DNA of 64,000 bases, from assembly GCA_964035545.1 (NCBI GenBank), contig OZ037769.1:4197929-4261928 (forward strand), written 5' to 3'. Positions 30,074 through 43,244 of the stretch are shown here, piece by piece. The notes beneath the pieces were generated by a model. It was not told where the DNA came from. It was given only the letters and a program-made list of their open reading frames with translations, and ran no database searches. The first letter of the stretch is position 1; each line of letters begins with the position of its first letter. Made by a program: the position numbers and the translations under genes. This DNA is from Bugula neritina. Lineage: Eukaryota; Animalia; Bryozoa.

Positions 30074-32559
30074 ATTTATGTCATGCTAATAAAATTGGTA
30101 TAATCCCCTATTGCGTATGTTTTTAATATTAATTTTTCATGACTTCCGTAGTATGATAAATCCAAAAAAACATCTAAAATAGGCAATGCTATTGTGCGTT
30201 AATGAACATAAACATCAGTGAAGAAAGGAAATGCTATAAGTTATAATATATTATTTTTATAGTAAAAAAAATGATTTTCCAACAGCTGTGCAGTGTTGAG
30301 TCTACCCAGTGACCCCTTATAGCCAGAGGTCTCAGATTCGAATCCTGGTAGAGGCAAAAGTTTTATAATCTCTATTACTATGGAAAACTGGAATAATATT
30401 TGAAAACAGACACTTTTCACAAATAAAGAATTCAAAGACAACATTTTATTATAATATTGCTGTAATCAACGCAATTGAGATTTGAATTTATTGAAAGTGT
30501 GGTGTCAGTCAAGATTATATTTATGTCAATAGAACCAGTTAAAGTTTACCAAAAACACCTCAACCAAAAACATTTTCTCACGCAATTTTTTTTTTGATTT
30601 GATCGCAAAAAATAAAGACTGTTTTAATCCAAAGTAGATCTATTTGCAAAAATATAAAAGCAACAACTTGGATGATGATTATATTTTCCTTTGTTTGTTT
30701 ATTGATTAAGTATAATATGTTTTTTAACAATTGTGGTTATTAGATCTTTAACAAAAATAAGCCTGCCTATATAATTTACAGATGAATAGTGACATTCTTT
30801 TGTTGGCTTAATATAGCTTTTCTACTGCGGCCTTTTCAACATAAGAATTGTAACTAAGACCATTATTTAAATCTAGAAATCTGTATTGTAAGTTATTTTA
30901 TTTGTCTAAGAGATCAATTTGACCAATCAAAACTTCAGAATCAACAGTTTGAGGTTGGGCGTGATTAATATTAAGATGGAGCTACTATATAATGGTGAGT
31001 TTATATTCTAATCAAATATTATGAACTTTTAGATATGAGCAAGCAAATCTTATACTGCAGTTGTTAACTGTAGTGTCCTTGATAATAAATAGCAAAATGT
31101 CATAAATTTGGTTTTATTAGCTTGCTTTGTTCATAGCTGTTTAAATATATATATATATATATTAGCAATTTAGCATTTACTGACACTGCCACACTGCGTT
31201 TGTGTTGTCATATATTTCAGCAGCGATGAATCACCAATTTTTATTGTAATTTTCAGCATTTTTTTGTCACTGTTTTTTTTATCTTGATGACCATTTTAAT
31301 AAGTATCATTATAGGTGCATTTCGCGTTTTATTCTGTACTGACTGCACTCAAAACCATGACTAAAAGATGAGTGCACTATAGTTATACGATAAAAACAGA
31401 TAATATACACGCTTAGCCAGGACATTATCGTAAGAACCCTCAAGCGTCAAGGTTTTATTTACATTTACTCTCACATAATATTAGCTATTTTCACCAAACG
31501 CATAGTATAAAATATTTTTTTCCTTACACTACTAACGCTCTCCTAGAAAGGGTAAAAGAGGTATGTTTTTATATATTATAACTTTGCTAATCTATACTAT
31601 TACGTTGACTATTTTTATAATTATAAAACAAGCAATTTACCAAATTATTTTATGTACTTTCTGTGATGAATTTCCTTTTATTCTATCATATTTTAATCAT
31701 TTTCTCTTGTACAAAGTTGTAGTTTCACGATGTAAACAATGTGAATAAATAAACCACACTAAAACATACACCCATATGAAACTTTCATATCAACCTAGGA
31801 GGCAGTTACATTAACTGCTATGCTATCTGCTTTTGGAGTTAGGTTGTTGTCAATAGAGTGTAGATAATATCTCTGTAAGCAGGTGTGCATTACAGCAGAA
31901 ATTTTCAAAGTACTGAAATTTGTTCAAGCAGCAAAACAATTTGGAAAAATCATAATTGGAGTTATGTTTTTATATTCTGAAATGTCCTAATGCTATATAC
32001 AGTATACTAACACATATTTGATAGTTTTAGAAGTCAAAAATAAAGGCGTTGTACAGTAATAACTATGTGGAAATAAAAGCGGTACATTAAATTCAAATCA
32101 GAAGGGCATTGTTGTAGTATAAAATAATGCAAGACTGATGGATAAGTTAGGTAATTATTGCAATAGGAATTTAACGACATATATTTTGGTTTTCTTTTTC
32201 TTATATAGTTGATAACACTACATATTATAGCTACATTTATTATATATGATTATGCCTGTTTGGTTTTATGATCACTTGTGTACTGTTATACAATTACATA
32301 TTTGTCATATTCAAAAAATGCCATGATGGGCATTCAAAAATGACTATGAGGAAATAGAACATCAATTTTGAACCACAAGAATTTTGTTGTGGTATAACAG
32401 GATGTGAAAATATATCATTGCTGCAATAATTGCACTTGGGATATAATCAGTTTGTCTTTGTTTTCTCTATATGTGATGTTAAACTATTTTTGATGAAAAG
32501 AACATGACACCGCATAGCTACATGCGATATGCTGTAGTATGTTATACTATAAAAAAGTT

Positions 32560-35500
32560 TAAAGAAAACTGAGTTTAATAAACTTATTAGGCCTAAACAA
32601 CAATTGCAGGAGAAAAATTAAAAGTATCTACATTAACATATTCGTTAAACCAGTGCAAGCCGTTTTAATGTCAAAACAAATCTCAAGAAGACTGAATGAT
32701 TTTATTTGCCAGTAAAACTTTGAAGTAAAATGTTTCAGTTATGAACACAATATATAAGCATCGATTGAGAACTTTTCTAACTATATAACCCAAGAATAAA
32801 GGTAGCTTTTAATTCTGAGTTAGAGCACTATAGATAATAAAATTTTCTAGTAAACCTAAAAGGCATTGTTTTGATGTATATAAAATATTAAGAGCTAGAA
32901 TTTAGACAAACTCTCATAATATAAAGTGATTTTTGAACCCATGACCTCTGGCATGCGAGAAGCCACAAACCATTACATTAAAGAAACCACTGGGCAATTA
33001 TCTCGTTATTACTAAAGCTGCATTTATACCTCTACCAAAAAAGCACCGAGTTTCAGTTTTATAACACTCGTCGGAGCATCTCGATCTTTATAGTCAAACT
33101 GAAACTCTGTGAAGTCACATTGATGCGGAAGCTTACTTTATAAAAATTAAATTTGACTCGCCTTATCGCTATTTGATGACTTTTGAAAACTTATTGAATT
33201 AGTAAAGTTGACAGCATAAAAGCGATAATTGAGAAGGCATAGGCAATATAATTATTAACATAAAAGTACGTCATCTAATCGACAAAGTCATAACTAAATA
33301 GCGACATTCACAAGGATTTATTACTCCTTTTATTTATTATTCTGAACTCAGCCTATTACGTTATCACAGTAAAAAATGTTTTGCGATTGGCTTTTATAAT
33401 GCAATGCATCCCAGAGAGATTTCAACTCAGTCAAATTGATTTCATGATTGAATATTGTGAAGATATAAACAAAACTTCATACATGCTTCAATCAAGTACA
33501 ATTACTGTTTAAATTAAACCAATTTATAGACAAATATGTCCATGCATTGTAATCAAAAATACCCAATTTTCAGTTTTAATAATAACAGCTCAGAGAGAAA
33601 CCTAATTGTGACAGATTATCAGTTTCAAAAAAGCACAAAATGTTTACTACTATTGTTGGCTTTTAGATAATAATATGATATCTACTAGTTTATGTTTCTA
33701 ACAGCATTTACTAAAAAGCAGACTTCCTGTAATTGCTTTAATATTTCTTTAAACCATGACGAAGTTATAGTAGTTATATATATGGATAACACAAAATCCT
33801 TTTTCGAATAGTTGTATACGTGTCAAATAAGACATGGATTGTAATTGCTCATTGTAATTATAATGTATTATATATTATTTTCTTCTGCAAAACTGCTATA
33901 AAACTGCTGATGACATTTATATTATGAGCTTACCTCCGCAGTTTAGTGTTGTCACTGAACTGGTTAAGATTGAATTATTTGTAATTAACTTATGCATTGT
34001 CATTTTTACGAGTGTATATAAACTATAAGAATAACACTCTAGTAATTGGCAAACTATTATAGTGGTTATATTCTAAAACAATTGTATTTGTAAACTGGAG
34101 GGCAATACACAATACTTTTAATAGCATAAGACCAATTTCTAATTGACTCTAGAGGTCGTTTTTATAGCGGCATTAAATGCATTATTTTTTGAAATTGCCA
34201 GGGTCAATACGCCGTCAGCTATTCTGATGCATTATTAATGAAAGATCATATATCAATTTTTAAGCATATAAACTAAAATGAACAAACAGCATATTTTGTA
34301 TATAACTGGCATATTCTCGCTCAATATCTTCACACTTTTTTACATACTCATTTCTGATGTGTTTCAAGATTTTGGTATAATTAAAGTATATTATAAAATG
34401 GGTAAGTTATATTATCTGTCTATTTAGTTGAATTAACCAATCATTTATATGTTGTCCAAATTAAAAAAAATACAAAATAATAAAATTAAATTTAGTAAAA
34501 AAAGTTATAAAGCACAATTAATACAGCTACCTTTAATATAAAATTATGTTGCTATATTAATTACACTTTATAAGCGTAACGTAAAAAGTTATAAAACTGT
34601 ATTATATTATTAAATTTGCTTTAATGCAGCTTTTCCTGTTTACAATTGAGTATTTTTTTGGTATAGTTCATTTATTTTTTAAAAAAGATATTAATATAAA
34701 TAATACATTGCATGTTACGGTTTTTTTCAGTGTCTCTAAAAGCTACTATAGCAGTATGCGCTGTTGCTCTATTTATTGGTAAGTTTTATCTAACTAATAT
34801 TTTGACTAGAATATACAAAATGTTTTGAAATAACTCAGTGTAACTGAAGAGAACAGCTATAAGCTGCAGCAAAGCATACTACGATGAAACGATGCATTGC
34901 TGATCCTCCCTTATTGTATTATGTAATAATTACTACTTCTGCTTATTGAATTATGTTTTCCTTTGTACTTTTAGGTATGGCTGAAGTGAGAAGTGATTCT
35001 TCTAGTAATTCACGTAAGTATAAAAACAGCATTTCAATAGGTTCAGATGGTTTAGAATTGTGATATTACACATACAGCATATAGCAATGTTATGTTGTGA
35101 TATAAATGGCAAAATATTGTGCAATAGTAATATTTATTATTGGTTAAAAAAATAAATGTGTACAACCATATGCAGGTTTCCAGCTGAGTCAATATATTCA
35201 AGCTAATGAGAAAAGACTATCTGAATTTATTATATAGTTTCTATTATCAAAAAATGAACTAAAAGAACTCAATATTTCGAAAAATAGAGTATCTATATTT
35301 GGTGTTCATACTATATTGGATACAATAAACAACCTGAATTTATTATATGTATCTAATGAATTTGTTTAATTGCAGCTTGTGAAGTCATCCTTTATAAAGA
35401 GTTTTGTGATTTCAAAAAGACAATTCAGACGAAAAAACGCAGCGATTGTATAAAGTTTGTAAACATACATATAATAATTTACCTGCTTTACGATACACAT

Positions 35501-35722
35501 GCCGTCTCACCTTTATATCTGATATTCAAATTAATACAACTGTGTAAAACATCAACATATACTTTAAGTTTTTTTTCAGAGCCAGAAATGATTTGCTAAC
35601 GGCTACTGGCACTTGTGTTGCTGATAATCCAGTGTTACTATCATTTCGAGGAATTCAGTACATAAAACTGTTTAGATTCTACTGTAAAGGCATTGCTTTT
35701 CCACAAGATAGTAAGTATCTTT
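32560..35722 (+). repeat. Segmental duplicate of about 59430-62048 (upstream region plus exons 1-5 of gene B)
   Basis: Colinear shared blocks, e.g. CATATTCGTTA, TTTTATTTGCCAGTAAAACTT, AATATAAAGTGATTTTTGAACC, AATACCCAATTTTCA, GCTCAGAGAGAAAC, and shared introns. Similarity ends just after the exon-5 donor. Confidence 0.9.
34289..34305 (+). promoter_or_regulatory. Extended TATA motif of paralogue A (GCATATTTTGTATATAA)
   Basis: 99 bp upstream of the ATG at 34398. Confidence 0.65.
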
Positions 35723-36658
35723 CAGTATATATTTTCCTAGAATGTTGTTTAGAGACATAAAAAAACTGCCTATGCACAACATACTTTGCATCTGTTTAGT
35801 ATCTCGTAATTAGACATAAAAAAATCAAAGCCAATTATAAGGCAAAAGACCATAATACTGTACTATCATTGGATAGTTCTTCATCAATAAACAGGTAGTC
35901 GCCAGTGGTGGATATGAACCCCTCCTAGATGTTTCTCGTACTTCTTCCTCAAAAAACATTTTCATTAAGCCAAAAAGAAATAACAATACACCTTTTTAGT
36001 TGACACTTTTTAATTTCTGATTGATATTTCACCTTATTTCCAATTATAATTAACTTTTAACCGGCACTTTTCTTTGTAGTAATTCCTACCCTTTAGACTG
36101 TGTACTTTGAAATGAGTCTGTTTTACTCGTTACATAAAGTATAGTTGCACTGGCTACAGGTTGACACAAAAGCAAGCCCATCTTGATAAAATCATGCGCA
36201 AATGTAGAAACTACCGAGGAGTTTGTTCCTCATAATTAGAAATTGACAAATTATTTTTAATCCGTTTAAAAGCATCTGGTTAGGGAAGCATATGCCGTGT
36301 TCAATTTGTTATTCTAGCATTAACAATAACAGAATGCAATAATTATAAGTTTATGAAAGTAATTTGTTTTCTTTCTAATTACAAATATAATATTTTAGTA
36401 TATATTGTAAATTTATAAGGCTTGCATTAGGAATAACGCAGCTAAAACATCATTTTTCTTAAAGTCTTAAAAATATATAAGTATAACATAATACACTATG
36501 CCAATAAACTTATTAAAGTACCAAGCAAGCTTAGCTAGTTTAAGAAAAATTACGCTAGGTAAATTCTCATTATTTATAGAATGCTTGCTGATATTAGCTT
36601 TTGATGTAATTAAAGTAAATTATTATTTATCTTTCTAGCTAAGGATTTCTTGCCGTAA
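34398..36658 (+). CDS. Paralogue A: recent truncated duplicate of B, exons 1-5 intact (MVSLKATIAVCAVALFIGMAEVRSDSSSNSPCEVILYKEFCDFKKTIQTKKRSDCIKARNDLLTATGTCVADNPVLLSFRGIQYIKLFRFYCKGIAFPQD); terminal exon uncertain (TKDFLP* at 36639-36658, or read-through SKYLSVYIFLECCLET* ending 35760)
   Basis: Exons 34398-34401, 34731-34778, 34975-35013, 35376-35454, 35580-35710. Only 5 differences in 79 nt (exon 4) and 9 in 131 nt (exon 5) versus B. I found no homologue of exons 6-7 downstream. Confidence 0.7.
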
Positions 36659-37899
36659 GTTTTGCTTTTATGCATGGAGAAATGTCGTAACAAACGAGTT
36701 AAATTTTTATAGCACATAAAAATGTAATCTATAAGTCGAAGATATTTAAACTTAGCCATTAACTCATTTTAATTAGCAATGTAGCCTAAATCTAATACAA
36801 TACAAAATATATACCAGTATATATAATATATTTTTACCATATGCTGTTAATTACAGTATTTGTAAAACAAATTTTATGCTCATTAATTAAATGCAACAAA
36901 TATTTATAAAATACTAATAATGTTGAATAAATAAATTCAATAATTCCTTTTCTATTTAAATATGGCTGCATAATTTCTTGCAAGGTTGTATAAAGGAGTT
37001 GTGGCCTACAACTTATTATGTGTTCAATTGCCACATATGTCTTAGGAAGAAGAAAACTCCCCAAAAATTCTTAGTTTGAAAATTCTAGTATAATTAAAAT
37101 CACTTAATATATGTCTTTGAAATGCATTTTGCCACTCTGCAAAATTGCAGGAACAAATATTGCATGAAGTAATAAATGATTTATGAAGTAATTAACAAAC
37201 CAATGTAAAAACTGTTGTTGTATATATAGAACACAACATATTGATTTTCTTCAATTTCCACATCAAATCTATATATTCAATTATATCTAACCAATGCTAA
37301 TAAACTAAACATGCATGCATACAAATATTTGCATCATATGCAAGTAATATTAGCTAATTAGCAACTATAGCATTTTTTTCATTATCTTTATTGCTTGCAT
37401 ATGTCTAAGTATTATTAAAATAAGGTTTTTATTTGCAACTTTGCACCACAAATTACATAAAATCTAAAAACTTGAGTTGTGACATAGGGCTATCTATACA
37501 CAAATAGACCTTCATAAAACTCTCAATGATTTTATTCAACTCATGTATGCAAAAGTTTTGCTTTAAAACAATTCTTCTAAACCACTCTAGAGCAGGGAAT
37601 TATTACAAAAACAGCTTCTCATATATAATTTTTCCCCAGATTAATTTTTTTTCCTGTATTTAAACTAACTTAGCAAGTGAAGATTGTGATATCACTCAGG
37701 TAATCACATATATATTATTCATAGCTGTAATACTTTAGCAATGAATAGATCATGTTTAATTTCCACTTTACCTAGCAGTTTTTCAGAATTATAGAGCTAT
37801 GTATATCGTGAAATTGGAATAGCCTAATAGTTTTACATGTGTTTATAGCTAGACAAATTAACTTAAAAAGCTTACAATAATTAGATGATATTTGCATTC

Positions 37900-40800
37900 T
37901 TTTGAAGGTTATGGTGAAGCTACTGCAAAACTGGCCATTAGTTTAGCATAATATGCAATGCCACGCAAAAGCATGCCAAACAAGCAATGTTTATTTACCT
38001 TACCAGTGCAATTTTATCACCTTAAACACAAAAGCAAGTATAAAATACACATCCATATTAGATTAACTGTCAAGTTAAAAAAAGACAACATATATTCATG
38101 AGCTGGTTCTGTTTGCACAAGTACAATTTAGACCAGCTTATTATTTAGATTGCCACAAAAATATGACGTAAAATATGTCTTTAATCATTATTACGATATT
38201 CACTGGTTGAAGATATTTTTTATATCCTAATATGTAAATATTGTACATAAATCTTAAAAATTAACTAGGTGAATAAGGAAAACTGCTAATTTTAGGAAAC
38301 TGTTATGTTAATAAAGACAATGGCTATCAACAAATCCCACCAGACCACAAACTAATTGTAAATACCAAAGCAATTATATAGTGCTATGTGTTGATCTAGC
38401 CTAGTCAATACACCACAAATATGTATTATGACATACCACATTTTAAGTACTGGGTTACCATTTATTCTAATGGGTATTTGTTTAAACTGTTATATACAGC
38501 TTTTTGCACTACCAATATACAAGCCAGTTGTTATTCTGTCACTTTTTATCTACATCTCTTTTTAATGCCAGTTACTTGTTAGCTTCAGTACAAACAGCTA
38601 AACATTCTACTCTACAGCCAATCTTACTGTTAACTCTTGTTTAACAATATTACAAGAATCTAAAAATTTGAGTGTGTTTTAAGTATAATATTCTATCATT
38701 ATAACTTTTAAATGAAACAATAATATGATAAATGCATTATAACTTTCTGAAAAGTTTTTTTGCAAAGTATATGTTTTTGGAAAATAGTTTTACAACATTT
38801 GCTAGGAGCATTATATTTATTCCTATCTAAAATAATTTTGTTTGAACTGCTATGTTTGTAATCATGTAATCAGAAGTAAAGCATCAGTAAAATGAGTATA
38901 AGTAGAAGCTTGACAGCTACATTAGGCATTGCTACATAGTACATAAATATATGGCCGTATTAAATACTTAGCTGCATTCACAGATAAATGCATGGCTTGG
39001 AATTACAATACCATGAATACATTATTTATTTAGCTGGGTAACTATACAATTATGCCAAAGTGAAAAGCTTTTGGTTATTAATGCCTGAAATGTCTAACAA
39101 TCTACTTGGGAGACCACCTTGTTACAGAGTGAATGAGTTATTTGTTTGGCATTTGGATGATGGCACAAAGAAAGGCTATTTGGTTTGTTACTTGAGACTA
39201 GTAGCAAACTGCTACAGTCATAGCATCTTAGAAGATTTTGCATCACTTGCTAGAATTGTACATTATTTTAATGTAGCTATTGAAATTAATATCGCACTGA
39301 AAACACAGTATTGCAAAATCTTAAGCTGTACATAATTATATTATGCATCAAAAAGTACTTCTGCTATTCGACTATCCTAGGTTTATTTTAAACTAGCACT
39401 GCCAAAGTGCCTTGACTCTATTACAGTGTTTACTAGCTAATTTTGTTCTTCTCAATAGTGAAATAGATCTATTGCAAGAAATTAATGGCTAGATATAACA
39501 ATAATGATTTTTAGGCAAGACTTTCGCATCTATATTGCTCATCTGCTAGCTTGAAATACCCCTCTCCTTGGACTAATCTCAGGCTTTTCATTGTTGTTTA
39601 AACAGTTTTTAAACTCCTATTTCAATAAATCATTACCAACACTGCCTGCATGTATTAATATTCATTAGTGCCATCAATGCACTGTGGAGACAGCACCTGA
39701 TGTTCTGTATATTACATTATAGTACAGAGATACTAAATCCAAAACATCTAAAATAATTGATGCTTCTACCAGATTTTTAGCACACCTATAATATGTATTC
39801 CTGTAGTAAATATTAATAAGATGTTTTAACTGATAGTTTTTATGCCATTATAATAGTTTGATACTATAACTACAACTTGAAACTCTTTAACCAGCACATT
39901 GGTTAGTAATATTGCTTCTTGATATTAATTGCTGGTTCACAAACTATCAATAATAGGGATGCATATCAAAACTTGACTGCATTCATAATATGATTTTAAT
40001 GCTAGGTAATGACTAAGCATGTCTGGCTGATATGAGGTGACTATTTTGTACACTGTTTAACAACATCAGCTTTTTGGGTTCATTTAAAGCATCTGCAAAT
40101 CTGTATTATACATAATTACTGTTAGGGCCAATTAATTAAATTGTTAACCCTGAAATGCTTTTTACACTGTAATACTAAGTAGTAAAAGATATGTATATAT
40201 ATATAAACTGATTGTAATTTATACATAACATTGTACATTTAAAAAAAATCACAAAATACATAATTTATTAGCTAAATTTCAAGGCGTTTTGTAGGTAGTG
40301 GGTTAATGTCAATAAAGTAGAATCCGGGAAGTTGAGTAGCTTTATTCAAGAGGAAGGCTCTCCAACAGTTCTACCAAAGCCTAAATAACATGTATAAAAT
40401 AAAGGTTATATGCACAATTTTTTTTCCAAAACAGCCTGCAACTGTTTTGCTATTGCATATGCCCTATGCCATTCATCAAGTAGAACAATTTTAACCAGGA
40501 TATCTAGAAAAGTTGACACAAGGGCTTTATAAACTATGTAACAGTAAAACTGTGAGTAGAAATTAATTGACACTAATGAATAATGCTTTAGGTGCTGGCA
40601 ACAACCATAAAAGAAAAGTTATATAACAAACAAATAGAAAAAGCACTAAACAAATCAACAGCATTATATACAATTGGGGCACATACATGAAAACAGCAGC
40701 TAGTGTCATTTTCTTAAGACAGCACTATTTTAGGTATAAATTTAAGAAGTATTAGAAAATGCAGAAATTTACTGCAATTGGTTCATTTTATTTAAGTTAG

Positions 40801-42340
40801 TACATACTGAAGATCTCAAGTTTTTGCTAATGAACATGAGTTTTGGCCCGAAACTAAAAAAATATCAATAAATACACCTAAATAATCAAGGCTCTTTTTA
40901 ATTTTCTTTGATTTCCTATGCTTTTTTCTAATTACAGCAACTTCTGACTGGGGATCGCCACGGTTAGTTTGTAACAGTAGGCAATCCAAATGAAATGAAT
41001 AAATAGGAAAAAACATGAGAAATCATGCAAAATTAAGAAGAACCTTGATTATTTAGGTGTATTTCTTGATGTCTCACTAATTTTAAGCAAAAAGCATTGT
41101 TCATTAGCAGCTAAGATGTAAAAATGGCTAAAAACTGCAGATTTCCAGTGTGTACTAAATTAAATAAAAGGACTCAATCACCTTTGCAACATAATTCAAT
41201 AATTGCATGGTCAAGCAGAATAAACTACAATTAACAGCAACAACAGTGTAATAGTTGCGTAGAAAAGTTGTACTGCAAAAAACTAAAAGAATGCAAAATC
41301 TATAAATGTGTGCTACCAAGTGAATGCTGAACAGACATCATGAAATAGTGTACGAAATACAAACTATTAAACTTACCTGTTGATCTAATGCAGCCAAAAC
41401 CTTAAGCTTAGAGTAGTGGAATGGTGCTGTTCGATGTTGATATGCTACAAGTAGCTAAGATGACTCAAATTCTTGCCTTTAGGAGTAAGAGGCCTCAGCT
41501 CAGTTTCAACAAAACTTCCAATAATCTCAACGGATGCGCTCAATTAGGAGCCACAACAAAGCACACCCATGTCATTTTAGTAAACTCTAAAAAATGAACG
41601 GAAATAAAACTGTTAGAGAGTAAACAGAGAAACATATAGTGATGGGGGAAAAACCTGTCAGCAAAGGTTATATACACTCATAGCCATAACACGAAGAAAA
41701 AGATAATGAATAACAACCTATTCAAGATGACACAAGAAACCAAACAAATTTCTTTGACTAAAAAATATAATCAAATACTATATTACTTGGCAAAAAAAAA
41801 ATTTGTTTTGAACAACGTATTATTGGGAAGAATTGCCAGTATCTTAAATTTTGAGATTAAAGTTTCTGCCTTATAGCGGAAATAGAGAGGCAATCAATAG
41901 TGTACAAAACATGTTTTCAGTCATTGGCTGTTGACTAAATTGACAAAGTTAAAGAAAGCTTCCATATCATTATTTATTTTGTTCTCAAGTGTGTGGTTAC
42001 AGTTTCATGAGTCAGAAATATAATTATTTGAGATATGAAATCAAATGTAGTCAAAAGAGTGTCATACAATTTAAAATGTAGTAATAGAGCTTTGACAATA
42101 ATTTCTTCTGCTAAGTAAAACAGGTACCATTATGTGCTACTTATCTTTTAGAGATGAACATCAAGGATGTTGAAAACAAAATAGTTGTAAATTACAGCAA
42201 ATACCTTTCTACTTACCTAACCAGAGAAAATAAGTTTTCAACCTTGCATGCACTCAGCTGGTTTTTAATGTTTGGATCAGTGACATCTTTATAACTGATA
42301 GCAGCATTATGTGATAGCTTTAGGAATTGTTACCTTAAAT
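37900..42340 (-). mobile_element. Second decayed KDZ-type transposase gene, opposite orientation
   Basis: Exon 41586-41377 (AG..GT flanked) reads ..TELRPLTPKGKNLSHLSYL*HINIEQHHST..LKVLAALDQQ, homologous to 5288-5516. Exon at about 41757-41677 ends LRVMAMS (compare LKVISIING). Additional GT-AG-flanked decayed exons (e.g. about 42340-42217) lie nearby. Outer limits are approximate. Confidence 0.55.
40777..41178. mobile_element. Foldback MITE of about 400 bp with long imperfect terminal inverted repeats
   Basis: AATACACCTAAATAATCAAGG (about 40870) pairs with CCTTGATTATTTAGGTGTATT (about 41043); TGCTAATGAACA pairs with TGTTCATTAGCA; TTTTATTTAAGTTAGTACATACTG pairs with CAGTGTGTACTAAATTAAATAAAA. 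Confidence 0.75.
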
Positions 42341-43244
42341 CTAAATTATATAGAACAAGAAGTGCAAAAATATGGCATTAGTACTCATTGCACAATACAC
42401 ACTTGCTAGAGTAGCTAATCTAGCATCACATTAATTTAAGAAAGACAAAATTTTATTACTGTTCACAAATGATGAATATTAAAATTTTAATAATTAGACA
42501 AATTAACAATGATATTGATGTTACTTCAAACATTACTAATGGTAAACACCAAAATACTAATAGGAATAGTCATGTTAACATCAATTAGAAAAGTAAAGAT
42601 AATTTGAAAATGAGACAGTTTATAGGTCTAACTCTTATAGTCGACAAGCAATTACAGGGCAGTCATATTGATGTAGGCTACCCTCAAAATGTAGCACTTT
42701 GAAAATATTAAAAAGACAGCACATATAAGAACATAATCTTAAAAATAGGCATATGTGACACCTATATTTTGATTAACAAAGAAATCTTCTTTACTTTATT
42801 AATCTAGCTCATATAATGGTATTCTGTCTTAGTATGTTATTTTAATACTTGAAATCTAATCAGCTACAGAAAAGTACTTCAATTCAAAGGCCTTCATAAT
42901 TATTCTTTAGTTTGCTATTTAAATAGACAGTAAGGTTGATGAATAAAATAAAAGTTAGTAAAGTAAAAACTAAATAAATTGAGAATAATATCTCCACTCT
43001 AAGGTTATAATCCTTATAAATTAACATTTTAATACTCCTGTTATCCTTAGGTATAGTTGTTAGCAATTTAACTATGAGCTCAAAGCCAAATGTCAGTATC
43101 AGCATCCCCATTACATTGACTAAGACTGACTTTATAACCCTCAAGCTGTGGCACTCAATTTCTATAAGTAGTAACTAATAACAAATATAAAATTATTTAT
43201 TTGCTACTGATAGTGATAATAATAATAATTAAAAATAATAATAT

